DNA of 64,000 bases from Octopus vulgaris (Eukaryota). Shown here piece by piece: positions 55,881 through 64,000 of this stretch (position 1 is the stretch's first letter; each line of letters opens with the position of its first letter). The stretch lies in contig OX597836.1 in the NCBI GenBank assembly GCA_951406725.2, forward strand, positions 18,476,001 to 18,540,000, read 5' to 3'. The notes below the pieces were generated by a model. The model was not told the origin of the DNA, ran no database searches, and was given only the letters and a program-made list of their open reading frames with translations. A program made the translations under genes and the position numbers.

Positions 55881-56316
55881 TCAAGGTGTGGGAGGGCAGT
55901 TATGATGGGGATAGTCAGCTGGTGTGTAGAATACTGCCTTGTTTATATATATTCCAATAACAACAACGTGAAGAACGTTGCCTCCTGTTCAATTTCTTAC
56001 AACCAACCATTAAAAGAGAGAAAATGGTTAATATTGACTCTTATGCTTTTGTTGGAACGACAATATTTAGTATCATTATACATACATCTGTATATATGTG
56101 TCTATATATATATATATGTGGTGGGGTGGTATTTGTATGTGTCTGTGTTAATATATGTGTGTATGTGTCTGTTCGCGCGCGTACATATATTACATAAATT
56201 AAAATATTACGTATATCGTATACAATATTTATATTTCTTTTTTTTTCACTTCACACATATACACACTTTTATCTGATTTTATGCGAATTTATTTATACGT
56301 ATATATGTCTATATAA

Positions 56317-56391
<75 letters not shown>

Positions 56392-56493
56392 AATAGAAAG
56401 TGTTATATATGGAGTTCAGCAGCAAAGTATGTGGTTAATAAATATCTTCTAGTAGGGTCCTTTTACTTTTCTTTTACTCTATGTTTTTCTGTG

Positions 56494-56526
56494 TTTCTGA
56501 CGAAGAGCTCTGCTCGAAACGTTAAA
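56494..56526 (+). ncRNA. Minimal type I hammerhead ribozyme, intact core, in a PLE terminal-repeat fragment (~56460-56615)
   Basis: TTT-CTGACGA-A-GAGC-tct-GCTC-GAAA-CG-TT-AAA; palindromic AACGTT. Confidence 0.75.
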
Positions 56527-56627
56527 TCCTTCTTCTTTCTTTCCTTTCCTAAGCGTCCAATAATACTATACTTGTTCCACGTCCTCACGTTGTTGCGTTT
56601 TCACGTTTGGATTAACTATATATATAC

Positions 56628-56704
<77 letters not shown>

Positions 56705-56737
56705 ATATATATATATAGATAGATATATATATATATA

Positions 56738-56881
56738 CGACGGGCTTCTTTCAGTTTCCGTCTACCAAATCCACTCACAAGGCTTCGGTCGGCCCGAAGC
56801 TATAGGAGAAGACATTTGCCCAAGGTGCCACGCAGTGGGACAGAATCCGGAACTATGTGGTTGGTAAGCAAGCTACTTACC
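56738..56881 (-). mobile_element. SINE family A 5' half, relatively young
   Basis: CGACGGGCTTCTTTCAGTTTCCGTCTACCAAATCCACTCACAAGGC...TTGCCCAAGGTGCCACGCAGTGGGAC. Confidence 0.9.
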
Positions 56882-56899
56882 CTACAGTCACTCCTGCTC

Positions 56900-57220
56900 C
56901 TATGTATTGATATATATGATTGCCACTTCTGTACACAAGAATGCCACCTCTTCAATTAATTAATATTGTCATGAGATCCTGTATGACTAGCAAGTCCTGC
57001 TCTTGACGAAAAAACTCTACTGCAGGCCTTACAAATATTTGTAAACAGAAATGTGTCTGGGATTGTAGTTAAGTCCTGTCTACGAAATGCTCGTTTCAAG
57101 ATAGATTGTTCAATTCTTCGAGCTTCAAATGCTTTACATCTATTGTAGATCATTTGTTTCCAAACTGATCGATATTCCATCATCTGCTCCCAGTCTTCAA
57201 TTTTCACATTAAAAGCATTA
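56900..57220 (-). mobile_element. RTE-clade LINE 3' end fragment with C2H2-like finger
   Basis: KIEDWEQMMEYRSVWKQMIYNRCKAFEARR...KRAFRR...ICKACSRVFSSRAGLASHTGSH, a typical RTE C-terminus. Confidence 0.85.
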
Positions 57221-57393
57221 AGAATTAGTTCATGTTCCCTCGAATATTTATAAACTTTATGACATCAATATATGTATACATACATGCATACATATGTGTG
57301 TATATATATATATACACATATGTATGCATGTATGTATACATATATTGATGTCATAAAGTTTATAAATTTTCGAGGGAACATGAACTAATTCTT
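57220..57393. repeat. 174-bp near-perfect palindrome
   Basis: 80-bp arms at 57220-57299 and 57314-57393 with one mismatch; 14-nt TA-repeat spacer. Confidence 0.95.
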
Positions 57394-57739
57394 TTCCTTT
57401 GGAACTATGAATCTCGAAGCGTTTAAACGTATATATAATAACAAGTAGTCTAGAGGAGATGTACATTCGACTCTTCGAGTTTTTGTATCCAAAAGGGTTT
57501 TGCCAGCCTGAATTTTACATGCTATCATTTGTAGCTTTATGTTCCCGAAACGTTGTAGCTTTTCGTTCCCAAAACGAATTATTTATATATGTGTGTATGT
57601 GTGTGTACCCCCATGTGTATAAAGAAAGAAAAACAGACAGATAGATTGATAGATATACACATTCACATATGTATGTATGCACGCATGCATGCATGTACAA
57701 GCAAGCGCCTAAAACAAAGACTTTCAACCGTAGTAGAGT

Positions 57740-57940
57740 GAGAAATGGCGTCTGTTGACAGTTATTTCCTTTCATATAAAACAATGCGTTATCAAAATGG
57801 AATTATCGAAAGAATTGTTATCGTGACACTCTTTCCAACTTCAGTGCGATTGGCACAATGAAGGATGCCTCCAAGATCATCTAGATTGTCTGAAAAATGT
57901 TTTGGAACCAAAGTACTCGGTTGTTACCAAATGGTTGTAG
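57740..57940 (+). mobile_element. Possible very old mariner 5' remnant
   Basis: TGGCGTCTGTTGACAGTT upstream of MELSKE...LKNV...VVTKW, loosely like a mariner N-terminal HTH; frameshifted. Confidence 0.3.
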
Positions 57941-58639
57941 GGTAAGTGCTATAGTTTTACCAAGTTCTTCACGAGAATCTGTAGCTATCTGATGCAAACT
58001 TACAGGAAATTTATTTTTATGGTTTCAGGCTAAGCAGTTAATAGTTTGGATCGAAAGTATTGAAGGGGAAATATGTATGGTGTATATATGTGTGTGTGTC
58101 TGTGTGTATGTGTGTGTGAAAGAGAGAGAGAAAGTAAGATGGGAAGTAGAGAGAGGGAGAATGGCGGAGTAGAAGTCGATACTGGTGTTAGTAGTGGTGT
58201 TGGTGGTGATGGTGTTGGCGATAGTTATGTCGGTGGCTGTTATGGTTATGAAGGTGCTGGTCTTGACGGTGGTAGTAGTGATGGTACTGATGGTGGTGGT
58301 GGTAGTTGGGGCGATGAAATATAAATATGACGAGACAGTGATAGTGGCTGTGATGATAAAGATAATGATGATGATGACGCTGATGATGATGATGATGATG
58401 ATGACGACGACGACGACGACGACGACGATGATGATGATGAGGAGGAGGAGGAGGAGGATGAGGATGATGCTGATGATAATGTTAATGATGATAATATTAT
58501 GCAGTGAAAGCATTTTCATTATTATCACACTCACACAGAAACACACTGTCCATAATGTTTTTTCTTAATGTAAACCCTTGAGATTAATAAAGAAACCCTT
58601 ATTATGACAATATGCAAAATAGTTGTCTGTACTATAACA

Positions 58640-58660
58640 ATAGCAACAACAACAACAACG

Positions 58661-58752
<92 letters not shown>

Positions 58753-58759
58753 TAATAAT

Positions 58760-58856
<97 letters not shown>

Positions 58857-58873
58857 TAATAATAATAATAATA
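58640..58873. repeat. (AAT)n microsatellite
   Basis: Direct inspection. Confidence 0.97.
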
Positions 58874-59220
58874 AATGCCCTGATGCAGTACCAGGCAGTG
58901 GCTCTCATGGCTTCTGATCTTAACTGATTGGAAGTGTTATCATGTACATTGTTTTGTCTTGGTATAAAAGATGGGCTACAGCAAATATTCTGCTCAATAC
59001 CACAGACTTGCTCGTCAGTTGTTTGACCATAACCAGTTGAGCATGTCCCTTAGTGGCTGACGATATGTGCATTTCTGATCACAAGCAGAAGTAGTGGGGG
59101 AGCATCATAACCAAGTGCTGAGAGGAATTCTTTGGGGTTTGGATAATTCACCTTTGGAAGCTTGGGTGTTTTGTTCAACATCCTTAAACAACCCTTATTC
59201 AGGGACATCTTGAGCGGGAT
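58874..59220 (+). mobile_element. Family E element, 5' part, directly after (AAT)n
   Basis: Matches 13962-14260 and extends ~45 bp further 5' (AATGCCCTGATGCAGTACCAGGCAG...). Confidence 0.8.
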
Positions 59221-59289
59221 CGGATTTGAACTCAAATAGTGTTCAGTAACGAATTCACGTGAAAGGTTATGGATTGTTAAGTAAGGTGT

Positions 59290-59467
59290 ATTAAGTCAGA
59301 AATTTAAGCGGCAATAAATATTCAATATTTTTGAGTGCTACATAGATTTGTATCCGAAACGCCCGTCGTTGTACGCTAGTTGTTCTTATGTTGTGATTCA
59401 TAAAAATAATTTGTCGACCGTTCAAGCGCGTCTCATATTTCACAATAAATTGTGTTAATATATATAC

Positions 59468-59532
<65 letters not shown>

Positions 59533-59750
59533 CTCTTTCGTTACTATGTCATTCACCACTGAGTGGACAGCTCTTTATTTTTGAAATTGCAGTCAAGTTT
59601 CTTGATATTGCTTTCGTTAGATCTTTGCTGTTATTCTTCGTTATTTTGTTTATAATGTAATCAACAATCTCTGTGCACGTATAGCTAACTTTGACCGTAT
59701 TGTGTTATTGATTTTTTTTCTATAGTATTTATGGCTGTCTGGAAAACTAA
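59290..59750 (-). mobile_element. Penelope-like element fragment (thumb, zinc-knuckle linker, start of GIY-YIG), Naiad-like
   Basis: Minus, with frameshifts: FPDSHKYYRK..NTVKVSYTCTEIVDYIINK...DCNFKNKE.CPLSGE*HSNERVY, then after a (TA)n insertion LTQ..KYETRLNGRQ..F. Cf. FPxxHxLHKIFNRNTVKVSYSC...CNCRxKxxCPLxGxCLxxxVVY. Confidence 0.8.
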
Positions 59751-60314
59751 CTCTTTCTCTGATTGACGATATATTTTATTAACGATACGCTAATATTCAA
59801 TATGTTTCAGTTTTACCTGTTTGATTTATGCTTATTTAGCAACGGTCTTTGATAGTAAAGTCAGGCCAGAAAGTGATTCGCCGCGAAAATGAATCAGAAC
59901 TATTCTATGATACTTGAAGTGGAAAATATCAGGTGAAAGATTGGGCGACAGATCTTTGTTGATAGGCAAATAATTAGAGTAGATTGCTTCGTATGCTTTT
60001 GTTTAACGCTCTAATGCTCGAAGCGCGTTATACGTAAACAGGAGACGATTTAATACGGTACAGTGGTAGGTACTTACAGCAGTAGGTGACATTTTTACTT
60101 TCTAGTCAGGAGAAAAACAGCAGTGCCTATGACCCCTTTCATGGCTCTTCTGACTGATAGGACGGGGGAAGAGAACTATGAAGGTATCCTAAATATAATC
60201 AGGAACCTTCTGCTAAAGACTGCGACAGGCTATACTCTACTGGATGCACTCGAATTGTCAAGCTGGGATGTTAAAGCAGGGAGAGGAATGAGCGTAATGT
60301 CCAAATAGGTTAAT

Positions 60315-60525
60315 GTGGGATTTGAACTCAGAAGGCAAAGATCGCAGCAAACACCACAATATGTCTGACGGCCAAATGTTTTCTCCGATCCACCGCACTA
60401 AATTTGGAAGAATGAAAAATAAAGTTAACCTCGGCCTGATTTGAACTTAGCACGCAAAATACGGAAATATGTATTGCAATGCATTTTATCTGTTGCTTTA
60501 ATTACTCTACCAATTTGCCGCCTTC
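60315..60525 (-). mobile_element. Old, diverged family-B-like SINE fragments
   Basis: GATTTGAACTCAGAA and AAAGTTAACCTCGGCCTGATTTGAACT...CCAATTTGCCGCCTT. Confidence 0.6.
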
Positions 60526-60573
60526 ATAATTTCGTAGATAGCAGCCTTAATCTATTTATTTCTTAAATACCCA

Positions 60574-60802
60574 TTTCTTTATTACCCACAAGGGGCTAAA
60601 CATAGAAGGGACAAACAAGGACAGACATAGATATTAAGTCGATTACATCGACCCCAGTGCGTAACTGGTACTTAATTTATCGACCCCGAAAGGATGAAAG
60701 GTAAAGTCGACCTCGGCGGAATTTGAACTCAGAACGTAACGGCAGACGAAATACCGCTAAGCATTTCGCCCGACGTGCTAACGTTTCTGCCAGCTCACCG
60801 CC
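60574..60802 (-). mobile_element. SINE family B, single-unit full-length copy
   Basis: Head plus one body unit; 19-bp TSD TTTATTTCTTAAATACCCA at 60555-60573 and 60803-60821. Confidence 0.93.
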
Positions 60803-61084
60803 TTTATTTCTTAAATACCCACAGGGGGCAGACTTAATCTATTGCAAATAACATCTCCTCGCTGGTGTTTATGTCATCAGGGTTCCTAGTTGAATGAGAC
60901 GGCGAGAGGATCTTTACATAGTCACTTGAGTTTATAGAAACAGGAAAGAAATCTTCCAGATATTATACTACTCCTTTCTTGGAAACTGAGAGGGCCATCG
61001 GACAACAAAATATGCCCCAGCGTGGTCGCAGTCTAATGACTGAAACAAGTAAAAATTAAAAGATAAATACCAATCTCTGGACGC

Positions 61085-61297
61085 CAGCGTCTCGAGTCCT
61101 AGGAATCATAGCGCCGGTTGCTCGATTCACACGGCTTTTAAGTGTCCTGCAGGGTCACTCATGTACAGATGAGTGGACTGGAGCAACATGAAATGAAGCG
61201 CTTTGCTCCAGAACACAAGGCGCTTCCGATCTGGAAATCGAACCCATGTTCTTGCGATCGTGAGTGCAATACCCTAACCACTAGACCACGCGCCTTC
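61085..61297 (-). mobile_element. tRNA-derived SINE family D (Meta/MESC-like central domain)
   Basis: Minus: GAAGGCGCGTGGTCTAGTGGTTAGGG...GGGTTCGATTTCC head, then TTGTGTTCTGGAGCAAAG...TTGCTCCAGTCCACTCATCTGTACATGAGT. Confidence 0.72.
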
Positions 61298-61336
61298 TTT
61301 ACCATCGGATAGCGAAGTCCTAAATACTCATTGAGG

Positions 61337-61411
61337 GAGATAGAATGGTCACGTTCGGAGAGAGGCGGAATGGCCATGTTCGGAGAGAGATGGAATGGTC
61401 CTGTTCGGAAA
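61337..61411. repeat. 25-bp minisatellite, three units
   Basis: GAGATAGAATGGTCACGTTCGGAGA / GAGGCGGAATGGCCATGTTCGGAGA / GAGATGGAATGGTCCTGTTCGGAAA. Confidence 0.85.
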
Positions 61412-61424
61412 ATACTTGGGCATA

Positions 61425-61785
61425 CAGGCGAAGGTATGTATGTGTGGTTAAGAAGCTTGCTTCCCAACAACATGGTTCTGGATTCAGTCCCATTGTGTGG
61501 TATCCTGGGCAAGTGTCTTCTACTATAGCCTCTGGCCGACCAAAATCCTGGGACTGGATTTGGCTGATGACCGTCGAGTATATGTGAGTGAGTGCGCGCG
61601 CGTGTGTATGTGTCACCACAATCACCTCCGCCACCACTTGACAACTGTTGGCTGTTTACTTATATCTCTGTAATCTAGCGGTTCGGCACAAGAGACCGTT
61701 AGAATTAGTCCTGGGCTCGATTTGTTAAACTGAAGGCGGTGTTCCAGCATGGCCACCGGCAAATGACTGAAACAAATAAAAGTAT
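61425..61785 (+). mobile_element. SINE family A, near full length, diverged
   Basis: tRNA-like head, CTGGGCAAGTGTCTTCTACTATAGCC, CTTGACAAC, and GGCGGTGTTCCAGCATGGCC...ATGACTGAAACAA tail. Confidence 0.88.
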
Positions 61786-61865
61786 AAAAAAATCGTTAGC
61801 CACTACACACATTTTTTCTCTTCTTTTTTCTCTCCTTGTTTCTCTTTTTGTTTTTTCTGTGTCCA

Positions 61866-61995
61866 TTTCTGTAGAAGAGCATAGGCTCGAAACGTAAAAG
61901 ACTTTTTTCTATTCCTGAGCGTTATACTAATACATCTGTTTGTTTTGTACACCACCAGTCTTCGTCTTTTGTCTTTTTCGTAAACTCTCCCTATA
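61866..61995 (+). mobile_element. PLE terminal-repeat fragment with variant HHR core (CTGTAGA) at 61866-61899
   Basis: TTT-CTGTAGA-A-GAGC-atag-GCTC-GAAA-CG-TA-AAA plus the family downstream sequence. Confidence 0.68.
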
Positions 61996-62518
61996 TACAT
62001 AAAACATATATATATATATATATATATACAGAGAGAGAGAGAAAGACATACAAAAGTACAACTAAACAGCCATACGTTGACGTATACATATATATAGAAA
62101 TACGTCACGCGTACACATAAACTGCCATATTTACACATAGCGCATGCACAATCACACTTGCACATTCTCTTCCGCCATTTTCCTCTTATCCCGTTATATC
62201 TGTCTTCTAATATGGCGACTAAATGCTATTTGTTTGTTTGTGCAGAGGATGTGGCCGTGACCGAGTGTCCTAAGAAGGAACCTTTTACCGGAATAAAACA
62301 AACGGTTGTGTTAGACAGATAAGTCCTCTTAATGACCACAATTGGAAATTTCATTGATTCGTTAATGAAATCAGTAATGGCCCTTTCGTGTGTGCGCGCG
62401 CGCGCGTGTGTGAATGTATGTGTGTATGTGTGTGTATCTATTTTTTACCGGTTTATATATATATATATATATATATCTTTCTCGCTCTCACACCTCTCTC
62501 TACACACACACACATACA

Positions 62519-62573
<55 letters not shown>

Positions 62574-62842
62574 TTCTACACGTTATGTTATATGTTTAAG
62601 CAGATATTTGTCTTTATATATATGTATATATGTGTGTATGTGCATGCGCGTGTGCGTGTGACTGTCTGTCTGTCTGTATGCATGTATGTACGAATATATG
62701 CACAACTACGTAAAATGGAGCCACAACTCTGATGCTAATATTTCAGTTTTATCTTGGTTTTATTGTTGCAATGAGGAAGTTGACGGAGGCAGGTGTTGAT
62801 TACTGTTATCAACAGATGAACTCACGCACCTTCTGTCTTAAA

Positions 62843-62878
<36 letters not shown>

Positions 62879-62928
62879 CGCTGTATACATACATACATAT
62901 GTATACACACACACGCACACACACACAG

Positions 62929-62973
<45 letters not shown>

Positions 62974-63363
62974 CTCCCATGTGTGAATTTTGTCTATGTA
63001 TTCCTATTAGACAAAACTTTTAGAACATATATCTATCTACCTATTTGTCTATCTATCTCTATACACACACGCGCGCACAGGCACAGAGATATATACATAC
63101 ATACATACATACATACATACATACATACATACATACATACATACATACATACATACATACATACATACATACATACATGCGTACACCTATATTGATTTTT
63201 TCATGTAAGTGAGAACTCCATATTTGAGCCTGAGATCCTGTTCCTCGTCCTCTTCCCTTCCCGTTTCATGCAGTCCTTCATCTCCTCTTGTGCTCTATTT
63301 ATTATAGCTAACGATTTATATATTTAACTATCTACATACATATATGTGTGCGTATATATACAT

Positions 63364-63403
<40 letters not shown>

Positions 63404-63410
63404 GTATGTA

Positions 63411-63481
<71 letters not shown>

Positions 63482-63659
63482 AGAGCGTGTGCGTGAGGCG
63501 TGTACATACATACACACATAGATACATATATACGTATATACAGACGTATATATATGTACGTATGTATATACGTATTTATGTATGCATGTGTGTGTATGTA
63601 TGTATATACACTCCTCACACACACGCTCCCACAGACATACACATACACTCACACTCACA

Positions 63660-63815
63660 TACATACCTACGTACATACATACATACATACATACATACAT
63701 ACATGCTTACATACATACATACATACATACATACATGCATGCATACATACATACATACATACATACATACATACATACATACATACATACATACATACAT
63801 ACATACATACATACA

Positions 63816-63847
<32 letters not shown>

Positions 63848-64000
63848 CATACATACATACATACATACATACATACATACATACATACATACATACATAC
63901 ATACATACATACATACATACATACATACATGCATACATACATACATACATACATACATACATACATACATACATGCATACATACATACATACATACATAC
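63660..64000. repeat. (TACA)n microsatellite running off the window end
   Basis: Direct inspection. Confidence 0.97.

Noticed and set aside
58874-58940. HDV-like ribozyme at the 5' end of the family E element
   Set aside because: Some short helices can be drawn, but I could not assign P1/P1.1 or the catalytic strand.

Overview
This is AT-rich, extremely microsatellite-dense animal DNA. The repeat families and composition most resemble an Octopus (coleoid cephalopod) intron or gene desert; that assignment is inferred from recognising the repeats, not from a search. No intact host protein-coding gene is supportable, and nearly all ORFs in the track are translations of simple repeats. The recognisable content is decayed mobile DNA: four tRNA-derived SINE families, two RTE-clade LINE fragments, an internally deleted Tc1/mariner, a hAT-type MITE, an (AAT)n-associated non-coding element, and several fragments of Penelope-like elements (PLEs). 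The PLE protein motifs look like the Naiad type, and about 8 minimal hammerhead-ribozyme (HHR) motifs from different families are present. Most notable observations: (1) a Nin/Deu-domain SINE forming head+n-unit multimers inside one target-site duplication, apparently by inserting into itself; (2) a hidden array of seven ATAATT-N4-6-YCRTAAA motifs spaced by variable trinucleotide tracts at 21.5-23.2 kb; (3) a TGA at a conserved Cys of a Naiad-like zinc-knuckle (possible selenocysteine); (4) a 174-bp near-perfect palindrome at a LINE 5' junction; (5) a ~1.29-kb tandem duplication carrying a 38-bp minisatellite.
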